Below are positions 42,926-53,060 of a stretch of DNA of 64,000 nt, one piece after another (positions within the stretch are counted from its first letter, which is position 1; each line of letters begins with the position of its first letter). Under the pieces are notes generated by a model. It ran no database searches. It was not told the DNA's origin and worked only from the letters and a program-made list of their open reading frames with translations. The position numbers and the translations under genes were made by a program. This stretch comes from an uncultured Bacteroidota bacterium (GTDB taxonomy: Bacteria > Bacteroidota > Bacteroidia > Chitinophagales > Chitinophagaceae), in the NCBI GenBank assembly GCA_963806275.1, contig CAWDXH010000003.1:81703-145702 (forward strand). The letters are read 5' to 3'.

Positions 42926-43345
42926 TCAGTTATTAGGATGTTTGCAGATTTGCCAGTAATCATATATTCTCCTAATGAGTTGGGTAACTTCTTTAAAAGA
43001 GGAAGGTTTTTCAAAAAAACCCTGTACACTCATTTCATATGCGTTTCTTACCGTTGCGGGTCCGGCCGTTGTAGTAAAGAAAACAAAGGGAATACTTTTC
43101 CTCCTTAATTCCTCATCGCCGAGTAATTTTTTCCTGAATTCAATACCATTCATTCCCGGTATGTTTATATCACTTAAAATAAGGAAAGGTTGTTGGTTAG
43201 TGGTTTTTAAATATGTAAAAGCCTGGTTCGCGTCAGAAAAGCAAACTAACTCATTTCTTATTTTTTCGATTTGTAACACACTTTTAATTAATTCACATTC
43301 GTCATTATCATCATCAACCAACAGGATGGGGCCGTTTTTTGACAT
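42926..43345 (-). CDS. Single-domain response regulator (Rcp1-like receiver)
   Basis: ILLVDDD.D, PFLILSDINIPGMNG.EF, IPFVFFTT, AY...VQGFFEKP and YW tail. Confidence 0.9.
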   Translation of the reverse strand: MSKNGPILLVDDDNDECELIKSVLQIEKIRNELVCFSDANQAFTYLKTTNQQPFLILSDINIPGMNGIEFRKKLLGDEELRRKSIPFVFFTTTAGPATVRNAYEMSVQGFFEKPSSFKEVTQLIRRIYDYWQICKHPNN

Positions 43346-43679
43346 ATTGAGTATTCTTTAATTAAGCTAAAGGGGAAAAACACACTAGCAAATCATTCGG
43401 GAAACACTCCAATTTACCGTCAAACGGAATACCATATTTTTTGCACACGCATAATGAAGTTTCTCATCACTTTTTACTCCCCTGTGTAATTCATTACCCA
43501 AATTTTAGTGTTTAGTTCGTTCATTTCACCTTATTCTTTCTGGCAATATAATTGAGCTTTATACCAGTCAGAAAAATTAAAAGGCTTGACGAATTAAATT
43601 GATATGGGAGATCCGAATTTGGAGGAACATTATCAATATTAATAAAATTGAATCAGGCCAAAACCTAAAATTAAAACCA

Positions 43680-43877
43680 ATGAAACAATTATTGATTATG
43701 TTCCTGGCAGTTTTTTTATTTGCCTGCAACAATGAAGAAAGCACGGAATCAACCCGCTCAGATTCAATAACAACTCCTGAAAGGGATAATACAATGAACA
43801 TGGACACGGGTATGCATATGAATGATACCATGCACATGCATGATACCATGAGGGGTAGAGATACCATGAATCATTAA
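43680..43877 (+). CDS. Small Met/His-rich lipoprotein
   Basis: MKQLLIMFLAVFLFAC lipobox; tail DNTMNMDTGMHMNDTMHMHDTMRGRDTMNH. Confidence 0.75.
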   Translation: MKQLLIMFLAVFLFACNNEESTESTRSDSITTPERDNTMNMDTGMHMNDTMHMHDTMRGRDTMNH

Positions 43878-43966
43878 GAAATAGTGCAACTATTTCTTTT
43901 ACTGTTTGCCTATTCAAATCTATAATCCTTGCCTGCAGCTATCTGAGGCATGGTGATTACAAAATC

Positions 43967-44010
43967 AAAAAGTTCCGGGTAATATTTCCAACTTCCCGGG
44001 CTTTTTTTTT
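43967..44010 (+). terminator. Intrinsic terminator
   Basis: ccggg...cccgg stem followed by T9. Confidence 0.55.
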
Positions 44011-44097
44011 CCTGAATAATTGCATTTTAAAAACATTTATGTTCCCTGCTCCCAACGGAAACAAAATCGCTCTATCATCACATTCAAATAAATCAAA

Positions 44098-46296
44098 ATG
44101 GCAACAAAAAAAAGGGCAAAAACCAATCCCACGACAAATAATGAAACTCAAAAAATAAAAGACCTGGCAGCTAATACTGAGGATTGCAACAACCAGTTAA
44201 TGACCACCAACCAGGGTGTAAAAATAAATGATGATCAAAATTCACTAAAGGCTGGTGCCAGAGGGGGTACTCTGCTGGAAGATTTTATTCTGCGGGAAAA
44301 GATTACACATTTTGATCATGAACGAATTCCGGAACGTATTGTACATGCCCGTGGTTCCGGCGCACATGGTGTTTTCAAGGTTTATAAATCCATGAGCAGC
44401 TTTAACTACAGCAAGCTTTCTGCAATGATCCCGCTGAAGAGACGCCTGTATTTGTTCGCTTTTCTACCGTTGCAGGCTCCCGTGGCTCTACAGACCTTGC
44501 CACGTGATGTACGTGGATTTGCTGTAAAATTTTATACGCAGGAAGGCAATTTTGATCTGGTAGGAAATAATATGCCTGTGTTTTTTATCCAGGATGCTAT
44601 TAAATTTCCTGATCTGGTTCATGCAGTAAAACCTGAACCGCATAATGAAATACCGCAGGCCGCATCTGCACATGATACATTCTGGGATTTTATTTCACTG
44701 ATGCCGGAATCAACACATATGATCATGTGGGTAATGAGCGACCGGCCATACCGCGAAGCTATCGCATGATGGAAGGATTTGGCGTACATACATTCCGTTT
44801 TATAAATGAAAAAGGGGAATCAAATTTTGTAAAATTTCATTGGAAGCCATTGCTTGGTGTGCATTCGGTAGCCTGGGATGAAGCACAAAATATTTCCGGT
44901 AAAGATCCTGATTTTCACCGACGTGATCTTTGGGAAGCTATTGAAAATGGAGCTTTTCCCGAATGGGAATTGGGTGTACAGATAGTACCGGAAGAAGATG
45001 AACATAAATTTGAATTTGATTTGCTTGATCCAACTAAATTAATTCCTGAAGAACTGGTACCTGTACAACGAATTGGAAAAATGACACTGAACCGGAATCC
45101 CGATAATTTTTTTGCAGAAACAGAACAGGTTGCTTTTCATGTCGGACATATAGTACCGGGTATTGATTTTACCAATGATCCCTTGTTGCAAGGGCGATTA
45201 TTTTCTTATACCGATACACAGCTTATCAAGGTTGGGCGGACCAAATTTTCATGAGATTCCTATTAACCGTCCTGTTGTTCCAGTTCATAATAATCAGCGT
45301 GATGGTTTTATGCGGCAGCAAATTAATAAGGGTCAGAACCAGTTATCATCCCAATTCATTGGGTGGTGGTTGTCCCTTCCAGGCGAAAATGTCGGAAGGT
45401 GGATTTACTTCTTACGCAGAAAAAATAGATGCAAAGAAAATCAGGGAAAGAAGCCAAAGTTTTTTTGATCATTTCAGCCAGGCTAAATTATTTTTTAACA
45501 GCCAGTCTGATCCGGAAAAAAATCATATCGTGGATGCCTTTTCTTTTGAATTGGGAAAAGTAGAGACTGAAGCTATTCGTGAACGAATGCTTGGTATTAT
45601 ATCGCAGGTAGATAAAGGTCTGGCGGCGCAGGTTGCTTACAATCTGGGTTTACATGTACCGCAAACACCAGAGCAACCTATGAATCATAGTATTCCTGCC
45701 GATGGGAACCCAGCAGACTATCAACCTATACATGTTGAAAGCAGCTTGTTGAAATCCGAAGCATTGAGTATGGCTAATACCATTAAAGATTCTATACGAA
45801 CAAGAATGATTGCTATACTTGCAGCAGATGGCGTAGATGAAAATTCTTTACTTCAAATGAAGGAGACATTGGAAAATGAAGGAGCCATAGTCGATATCAT
45901 TGCACCGAAACTGGGTATGCTGACTACAGAGGAAAACAGTACTCTGCCGGTTAATCAAAGTTTTCTAACAGCAGCTTCTGTTTTTTACGATGCAGTATAT
46001 GTGCCCGGCGGTACCAACAGTGTAGCAACACTGGCAGCAGATCCTGATGCTATACATTTTTTGAATGAAGCATTTAAACATTGTAAAGCAATTGCTGCTG
46101 ATGAATCCGCAAAACAGGTTTTGGAAGCCACCTATTTTTATAAAAAATTACCTACTGATACTTCCTAATGATACTGTATTGGCGGAAGGAATATGCCATT
46201 CACGATAATATCAATAAACTTACAACCCAGTTCAGCGCAGCTATTGCAAAGCACCGGTTTTGGGATAGAGAAAAACCGCGTAAAGTTCCGGCCTAA
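44098..46296 (+). CDS. katE: Large-subunit catalase HPII; several indels
   Basis: [69 protein letters not shown]-terminal DJ-1-like domain, ends [14 protein letters not shown]. Confidence 0.95.
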
Positions 46297-46318
46297 CATT
46301 TTAGCTGAACTAAAAAAC

Positions 46319-46358
46319 AACCCTCTGTCCAGTACTACAAGTACCTGGCAGAGGGTTT
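46319..46358. terminator. Bidirectional terminator between katE and the FAD/Rieske gene
   Basis: aaccctctg...cagagggtt stem with an inner stem. Confidence 0.65.
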
Positions 46359-46382
46359 ATAATTTAAGAATAAACGATCTTG

Positions 46383-47918
46383 TTATTTTACCAGGTCCCT
46401 GATCTCAATTTTTTCAAGGTCAACATCTGCAGGACCTGTAAGAACTTTACCATCATAGCTATACCTGGCTCCATGACATGGACAGTCCCATGATGTTTCG
46501 GCAGCATTCCACTTTACTTCACACTTCAAATGCGTACAAACAGGACTGATAGCATGCAATTCGCCTTCATCAGATTTATATAAAGCAAGCTTTTTATTTT
46601 CAAAAATCACCACTTTTGCTTCTCCGGGGGCAAGGTCTGCGAGTTGTTGTAAATCCTCACGGGAAAATAATTTTCCCACAAATTGCCTGGCCACATCAGC
46701 ATTGTGCTTAATAAAATTAATAAAGCCAGCAACGGGTTTTATCCTGTTAGGATCGAACACTTCACTATACCCGCTTTTTTTCTTTAAAAATATATCTTTA
46801 AAAATAAGTGCGGCCACGCTGCTATATACCATGCCATTGCCACCAAACCCTGTGGCCACATAAATATTATAAGGATGACCGGGTAAATGACCAATATAGG
46901 GAAGACCATCAGCTGGTTCAAAATATTGTGACGACCATTTATACCCTATCTTATCTATATTAAAGTGAGAACGTATATGACTTTCCAGTTCTAAAAAATG
47001 ATGATTTGTATTTTCACTGTGTGCGGTCTTATGATCTTTGCCTCCGGCTATCAGGTAATTCCGGCCCTTAACTTTTTGTGTCCGGTAATAATGATATGGA
47101 TCCTCCATGTCATAACTAAGTCCTGCAGGGTAATTATTATCAGCCAATGTAAGAGCCATGGCATAACTACGATAAGGCACACAACGAAGATGCAGCAAGT
47201 TAACGCCGGGAGGAATATGTGTAGCGTATATCAGGTCGCGGCCTTTAAAAATACCTTTATTGGTTTCTGCTTCTATTATTTCATTATGTTCAACTCCTGT
47301 AACCCTGCAATGCTGTTCTATAATACCACCTGCTTTTTCAAATGCTCTTGCCAAAGCATATAAATATACCAGGGGATTGAATTTTGCCTGGCCCTTTACC
47401 CGAACTGCTTTTACAAAAGGTATGGGTACCGGTATTTCTTTAGAATAATCCAGCTCAAGTCCGGCCTCTTTTGATGCTGCCACAATTTCTTCCAGTTCTT
47501 TTTCTTGTTTCTCATTGCGGGCAAACAGATAAGCATCTGCTTCCTCAAATCCGCAGTCAATATCATACAGCAATACATTATTGCGGATAAGGTTAATAGC
47601 CTCACTGGCAGCTTGCGCTACTAACTCTGCCTTTTCTTTATTAAAGTTTTTGCTGATAGTTTTATACGGCGTATCGAGTAAAGTATTCAGGTGTGCAGTT
47701 GTGCCCCCGGTTGTGCCAAAGCCCAGGTTAGCCGCTTCCAGCAAAAGACATTTAATGCCGGATCTTTGTAATAGTAATCCGGTACTGATGCCCGTTATAC
47801 CACCACCAACTATTACCACATCATATATAGTTTGCTTATCTGCCCTGTTACTACCACCTGAATAAGGTTCCATTTTATCCTGCCATAAACTGATAGCAGC
47901 GCCATCTCTGTTTACCAT
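46383..47918 (-). CDS. FAD-dependent oxidoreductase with C-terminal Rieske [2Fe-2S] domain (YhfW-like)
   Basis: DVVIVGGGITG, GTTGGTTAHL, DGLPYIG, ATGFGGNGM and Rieske CTHLKC...WDCPCHGARY motifs. Confidence 0.92.
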   Translation of the reverse strand: MVNRDGAAISLWQDKMEPYSGGSNRADKQTIYDVVIVGGGITGISTGLLLQRSGIKCLLLEAANLGFGTTGGTTAHLNTLLDTPYKTISKNFNKEKAELVAQAASEAINLIRNNVLLYDIDCGFEEADAYLFARNEKQEKELEEIVAASKEAGLELDYSKEIPVPIPFVKAVRVKGQAKFNPLVYLYALARAFEKAGGIIEQHCRVTGVEHNEIIEAETNKGIFKGRDLIYATHIPPGVNLLHLRCVPYRSYAMALTLADNNYPAGLSYDMEDPYHYYRTQKVKGRNYLIAGGKDHKTAHSENTNHHFLELESHIRSHFNIDKIGYKWSSQYFEPADGLPYIGHLPGHPYNIYVATGFGGNGMVYSSVAALIFKDIFLKKKSGYSEVFDPNRIKPVAGFINFIKHNADVARQFVGKLFSREDLQQLADLAPGEAKVVIFENKKLALYKSDEGELHAISPVCTHLKCEVKWNAAETSWDCPCHGARYSYDGKVLTGPADVDLEKIEIRDLVK

Positions 47919-47989
47919 AACTAAATTTTAATAATAAAAAATCAATTATCCTGCCATTCCGGTGCAGACCTTTTCGATCCGTAGAGTAT

Positions 47990-48478
47990 TTAATTACCTT
48001 CTTTATTTCGGGTCCTTTTTATTTTCATATTGTGATTATCTTCTGCCTCATCTAATGAATGTGAGGTATGCAAATCGATTTCCTTTTCCGCCTTCTCTGC
48101 CAGTTTAATATAAAAATTCTTGAGCACATGAATTTCCTCTTCGGTGAGGTCTTCAATATTGACCAGGCGATTACTTGCCAGCTCATGACTGGCAATCAAT
48201 TCATTTAATTTAAGTTGTATAGCCGCCGTATCCTTATTTTGTGATTGCTGAATGATAAACACCATTAAGAAGGTAATAATGGTAGTACCGGTATTGATCA
48301 CTAGTTGCCAGGTATCCGAATACCCAAACAGCGGGCCGGTAAGAGCCCATAAAATAATCAGCACAAAGGCTGAAATGGAAACAGCGGGGCTTCCTGTTTT
48401 GCGGGTTATCCAACCTGCTATACGGTTAAATATCCTTGCCCGTTTCAACTTCTTTTTTGGAATAGGCTGCTTGTCCAT
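47990..48478 (-). CDS. Low-affinity iron permease (Fet4-like) family protein
   Basis: WA.TGP.FGYSDTWQLVINTGTTIITFLMVF.IQ.SQN.D..AIQLKLNELI signature. Confidence 0.9.
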   Translation of the reverse strand: MDKQPIPKKKLKRARIFNRIAGWITRKTGSPAVSISAFVLIILWALTGPLFGYSDTWQLVINTGTTIITFLMVFIIQQSQNKDTAAIQLKLNELIASHELASNRLVNIEDLTEEEIHVLKNFYIKLAEKAEKEIDLHTSHSLDEAEDNHNMKIKRTRNKEGN

Positions 48479-48492
48479 AATTTAGTATTTAT

Positions 48493-48527
48493 AAATAAGG
48501 CCAGGCAATACTACCTGGCACTTATTT
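48493..48527 (-). terminator. Probable terminator or stem-loop after yciF
   Basis: aaataag-gccagg...cctggc-a-cttattt inverted repeat. Confidence 0.5.
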
Positions 48528-48553
48528 TCATCAACTCCGCATTTTAGAAAGAT

Positions 48554-49141
48554 TTATTCCTCCTCTTCTGATTCTTCCTGCTCTGCTGCCCAATTGATGT
48601 CGTTTTCTGCAATTTGGGAAAGCGAACTATCGGTTTCCTTTTCCTCTTCTAAAGTTGTATTCAATATATCTGCTACCTCAGATAATCCTAAAGTAGTAGC
48701 GATAGACACCAGGCTGCCATAAGTAGCGATCTCATAATGTTCCACTTTTTGTGCCGCCATTATGATACCTGCATCTCTTGTCATACTTCCTTCCTCTGTT
48801 TCTTCCACAACAGAGTTTCCTTCTTTTATCAAGCCTTCCATTGCTTCGCATTTTTTTGCCTGGGCCTTTTTACCCATTAATTCAAAGACCTGCTCCAAGC
48901 GACTTACCTGCTCTTCAGTTTGCATTTTATGCTCTTCAATGGCGTCTTTGAGTTGCTGTGTGGTGGCAGCCTTTTTCATTTTAGGTAATTCTTTGGTCAG
49001 GTGTTTTTCCGCCCAATAAATATCTTTTAATGAATCAGTGAAAAACTTTTCTAATTGGGAATTTTTTATCTGGGCCGTTGAAGTTCCGTTTGATTTTGCC
49101 TGTTTTGATTTAGGGGCAGATTTCGTTTTTGTGTTTGCCAT
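48554..49141 (-). CDS. yciF: YciE/YciF ferritin-like protein (DUF892)
   Basis: Start MANTK at 49141; LKDIYWAEKHL...LPKM, H..QTE....RLEQVF, C.AMEGLI.E, AAQKVEHYEIATYG and TLEEEKETD motifs. Confidence 0.92.
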   Translation of the reverse strand: MANTKTKSAPKSKQAKSNGTSTAQIKNSQLEKFFTDSLKDIYWAEKHLTKELPKMKKAATTQQLKDAIEEHKMQTEEQVSRLEQVFELMGKKAQAKKCEAMEGLIKEGNSVVEETEEGSMTRDAGIIMAAQKVEHYEIATYGSLVSIATTLGLSEVADILNTTLEEEKETDSSLSQIAENDINWAAEQEESEEEE

Positions 49142-49186
49142 GGTATTGCTTTTTGATGTTAAAAAAAAATTGCTTTCTACAGGTAA

Positions 49187-49202
49187 GGCAAAGCATATGC
49201 CA
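49187..49202 (-). promoter_or_regulatory. Sigma54-type -24/-12 promoter TGGCAT-ATGCT-TTGCC
   Basis: Matches GG-N10-GC, 45 nt upstream of the yciF start; best copy of a motif recurring across 29-49 kb. Confidence 0.65.
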
Positions 49203-49496
49203 TCCGATGGAGGCTTATTCATGGTGAGTTAATCAAAATTTATGGGGTGATTGTTACTCAAAAAAAGAAGTACTGACCAATCTTTTAACCATAATGATTA
49301 CATGAGGTAATTGAATGAAACGACACTAAACAGAAGCGTATTTTACATTTGCATTTAACTGGGGAAAAATTTTCGCCAAGGAAAATTGTCGTTAGGCAGA
49401 GATAAAATTGCGATGAAAAAATTGCTGCAAGCCCGGAGAATAAAATTTTTTTAACACTGGCGGAATTCAGTCAATAAAATATATATATATATAAAA

Positions 49497-50189
49497 TTAT
49501 TCAGATACTAACCTTCTTTTTAAAATATCAGATTGAATCGCCTTTATTGTAGTTATAGCTGCTTTTGTGCTGGAATGCAACGAAGCAAAATCGTTATGAT
49601 CTAATATTGATTTACTGACCAGGTTACTTCCCATTCCAACGGCACATACACCCGCTTCAAACCACCTTCTTATATTTTCTTCTGAGGTATCGACCCCGCC
49701 GGTTACTACAAAGTCAAGTTTGGGAAACAGGGGCTTAATGGCTTCCATAAAAGAAGGGCCCATCGTATTTCCCGGAAAAAGTTTGATCATCGAACAACCC
49801 GCCTGCTCAGCCACCTGAATTTCAGTAGGTGTCATACAACCCGGTATCCAACCTGTTTTTTGTAAATAGGCGACATCGCAAACAGCATGATCAAAAAATG
49901 GACTGATCAGGAAATCAGCACCTGCATCAATAAATTGACTGGCATGTTCAGCTATCTTAATAGTACCAACAGCCAGAATCAGGTCTTTCCAATCTGTGTC
50001 TCTTAGATGAACTAATTGTTTAAAATTTTGTAAGGCCATCGGCCCCCGGTTGGTAAATTCTATGAACCTGACTCCGGCATCATATAATGCCCTTGTCACA
50101 CCCATACAGGTTTCAATGTCGTCATGATAAAACAAAGGCAAGAAACCCTGTTGCTTTATCAGGTTTTTGATTTGTTGCTCCCGGTCCAT
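49497..50189 (-). CDS. eda: KHG/KDPG aldolase
   Basis: EFTNRG, VGTI, GADFLISP, PGCMTPTEI, KLFPG, TGGV and VGMGS motifs. Confidence 0.92.
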   Translation of the reverse strand: MDREQQIKNLIKQQGFLPLFYHDDIETCMGVTRALYDAGVRFIEFTNRGPMALQNFKQLVHLRDTDWKDLILAVGTIKIAEHASQFIDAGADFLISPFFDHAVCDVAYLQKTGWIPGCMTPTEIQVAEQAGCSMIKLFPGNTMGPSFMEAIKPLFPKLDFVVTGGVDTSEENIRRWFEAGVCAVGMGSNLVSKSILDHNDFASLHSSTKAAITTIKAIQSDILKRRLVSE

Positions 50190-51244
50190 AGTGCTTTTTC
50201 GTTTATTTGCTCAATTGTCTGCTTTGTAGCGTCTCCTACTTCATGTAATTTGCCAACTGCTGCTGCAGCCGAATAATTTATTATTTCAGTGGCAGAATGC
50301 TTGTTATATAAACCATATATCAAACCGGCCATAAAACAATCGCCACTACCTACTTTGTCTATTACCTCCCCGATCAAAAATTGTTCAGATACCACCATCT
50401 CAGAACCCTTTTGCAAAACGGCCCAATATTCATTTTCCAGCCTGAATGTAAAAGCAAAACTTTGTGCAAGGGGATAATTTTTGTGTAACTCAAGCATTGA
50501 TTTGCCGGCGGCTTCTATTAATTGTTCTCTTGTTTTTCCCAAACTGCTTTCAATTGGAGATGGGATACCTAACAGGCTTTCAACAGCCCAGATATTACCC
50601 ATGATTATATGGCAGTACTTTACAAGATCCGGCATTATTTCAGGAGGTTGATGGCCATATTGCCAAAGCTTTGCTCGGTAATTTAAATCAACAGAGATGA
50701 TCAACCCTTTTGCAGTTGCGGCTTCTAATGCCTCTTTACAAACGGCAGTAGCCTGTACACTTAAAGCGGGACTGATTGCGCTGAAATGAAACCAGCAACA
50801 ACCCTCTAATGCTTTATTCCAATCGATCATACCTGGTTTCAGCTCTGCAAATGAAGAATAAGCCCGGTCGTATATTACGCCGGCATTTTTAAGATCAGCA
50901 CCCTGTGGCAGGTAATAAGCACCTATCCGGTTGCCTGAAAGATGAATGGCAGAAACATCAACCTGGTTGGTCTGCAGCTCATCCATTATTTCTTTGCTGA
51001 GATAATTATCCGGCATCGCGGTACCATATTTCACCGGCACTTTCCATTTAGCGAGTGCATTGGCAACATTTAATTCAGCGCCTCCAATATAAACAGGCAT
51101 GGATGACTGATGAATCCATTCTTTATTCAAAGAAGGGCTCATGCGAAGTAATATTTCTCCAAAACAAAATACATTTCCTTCCTGATTTTTCCCGACCGGA
51201 AAAACAATATCTGATTCTATAGAATTTTTTTTATAATCTGACAT
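50159..51244 (-). CDS. kdgK: 2-keto-3-deoxygluconate kinase (PfkB family)
   Basis: FGEILLR, GGAELNVA, VIYDRAYSSF, SVDLNYRAKLW and DKVGSGDCFMAGLIYG motifs; pathway context. Confidence 0.9.
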   Translation of the reverse strand: MSDYKKNSIESDIVFPVGKNQEGNVFCFGEILLRMSPSLNKEWIHQSSMPVYIGGAELNVANALAKWKVPVKYGTAMPDNYLSKEIMDELQTNQVDVSAIHLSGNRIGAYYLPQGADLKNAGVIYDRAYSSFAELKPGMIDWNKALEGCCWFHFSAISPALSVQATAVCKEALEAATAKGLIISVDLNYRAKLWQYGHQPPEIMPDLVKYCHIIMGNIWAVESLLGIPSPIESSLGKTREQLIEAAGKSMLELHKNYPLAQSFAFTFRLENEYWAVLQKGSEMVVSEQFLIGEVIDKVGSGDCFMAGLIYGLYNKHSATEIINYSAAAAVGKLHEVGDATKQTIEQINEKALWTGSNKSKT

Positions 51245-51407
51245 AGCATGGTTTTACTTTTCATTAAACAAGGAAACCTTAGCCTTTAGCATTTACGGAA
51301 TAAACTTCATACTGTTGAAGTATCCTGTATTACGGTGAGTTTAATATTTAAGATTCAGAAATTCAAAGATAGCAGTAGTTCAACTCGGGGCAAAACGACA
51401 AAAACGG

Positions 51408-53060
51408 TTATAAACTCACCCCTCTCTTCCAGGGAATAAAATCATCCTGGTTCAATAGAACTGCTTTGGGAATTACCTCACCACTTGCTGCTTTGATACA
51501 GTATTCCAAGTATTTCTTCTCCCATCTGTTCTATTGTTTTATCTCCGTCTACTATGGGTCCGCAATCAATATCTATTATATCACTCATTCTTTTTGCCAA
51601 AGCCGAATTGGTAGCCACTTTTAATGGTAGGACAAACAGGATTACCGGTTGGCGTACCTAATCCGGTGGTAAATAAAATCAGTGTCGCTCCGCTGGCTGC
51701 TTTACCGGTAGTGGCTTCTACATCATTACCCGGTGTGCAAACCAAATTTAATCCTGGTTTTACGACAGGTTCGGTATAATCCAGTACATCTTCTACCGGC
51801 GAGGTACCGCCTTTCTTTGCGGCACCGGTACTTTTGATAGCATCCGTAATCAATCCATCCCTGATATTTCCCGGAGAAGGATTCATATGAAAACCGGAAC
51901 CAACTTTATGCGCTGCTTCATTATATGCGGTCATCAGGTGAATAAATTTTTTTGCAGCGGCTTCATCCTTTGTACGATCAATAAGATTTTGTTCAGCGCC
52001 GCATAGTTCCGGAAATTCTGCCAGTAATATTTTTCCGCCCAAGGCCACCAACAGATCAGAACAATAACCAACAGCCGGGTTAGCAGAAATACCGCTAAAG
52101 CCATCACTGCCTCCGCATTTTACACCAATAGTCAATTTATCCAGCGATGCCGGTTTTCTTTCCTTTTTATTTATTTCAATCAAACCTAAAAATGTTTTAC
52201 GGATAGCTTCTGTTATCAATTGCTCTTCGCTTTGTGATTGTTGTTGTTCAAAAATATATAAGGGTTTATCAAAATGCGGGTTACGTTGTTTCAGATCATT
52301 CAGAAAATCCTGTACCTGCAGATTCTGGCAACCCAAGACTCAATACGGTAATTCCGCCTACATTGGGATGATCTGCATAAGCAGCCAATAATTTACTTAA
52401 GATAGCTGCATCCTGTCGGGTACCACCACAACCACCCTGGTGATTTAAGAATTTAATACCATCTACATTTTTAAAAACACGATGCTCCAATTCGGTGTTG
52501 CCGGTAGGAGCAAGGAGAAAGATCAATAGTTGAAATATCCTCTCCTTTTTTATACAGTTCTACCAGCTGATGCGTCTTTTGTTTATACTTGTCCGTTACT
52601 GCATAACCCAGTTCATTATGCAATGCCTCACGAATAACATCTAGATTCCTGTTCTCACAAAATACAGTTGGAATAAACAACCAATAATTGGCCGTGCCTA
52701 CTCTTCCATCGCTGCGATGATAACCATTGAATGTCCTGCTTTTGAATTTGGATACATCCGGCGCCTGCCACTCGTATTGATAAGGCCGTAGGTAAAAGGA
52801 TCGGCCGCATGCTTTATATTTTCAGTTGTCATCAATCCGCCGGCAGGGATATCGGTTTGCGCTTTTCCGACCAATACACCGTACATGATCACTTCATCAC
52901 CAGCTTTCATATCCTGAACAAAAAATTTATGCTTGGCGGCAATGTTATCTGTTAATACATAACGTTCATCATTATATTTTACAGCTTCACCTTTGGAAAG
53001 ATTTTTCAGGGCGACTAATACATTATCTTTTGGATGAACTTTTAATACTGTTTGCTTCAT
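51408..53060 (-). CDS. uxaA: Altronate dehydratase (UxaA family); several indels
   Basis: N-terminal SAF domain ([24 protein letters not shown]); [34 protein letters not shown] and [10 protein letters not shown]; ends PWKRGVSL*. Confidence 0.92.

Noticed and set aside
29031-49202. Stress island as a mobile genomic island or prophage
   Set aside because: No integrase, transposase, tRNA, flanking direct repeats or phage genes were seen
49479-49494. (AT)n microsatellite near the eda stop
   Set aside because: Short, in an AT-rich intergenic region, with no evident link to a promoter or reading frame
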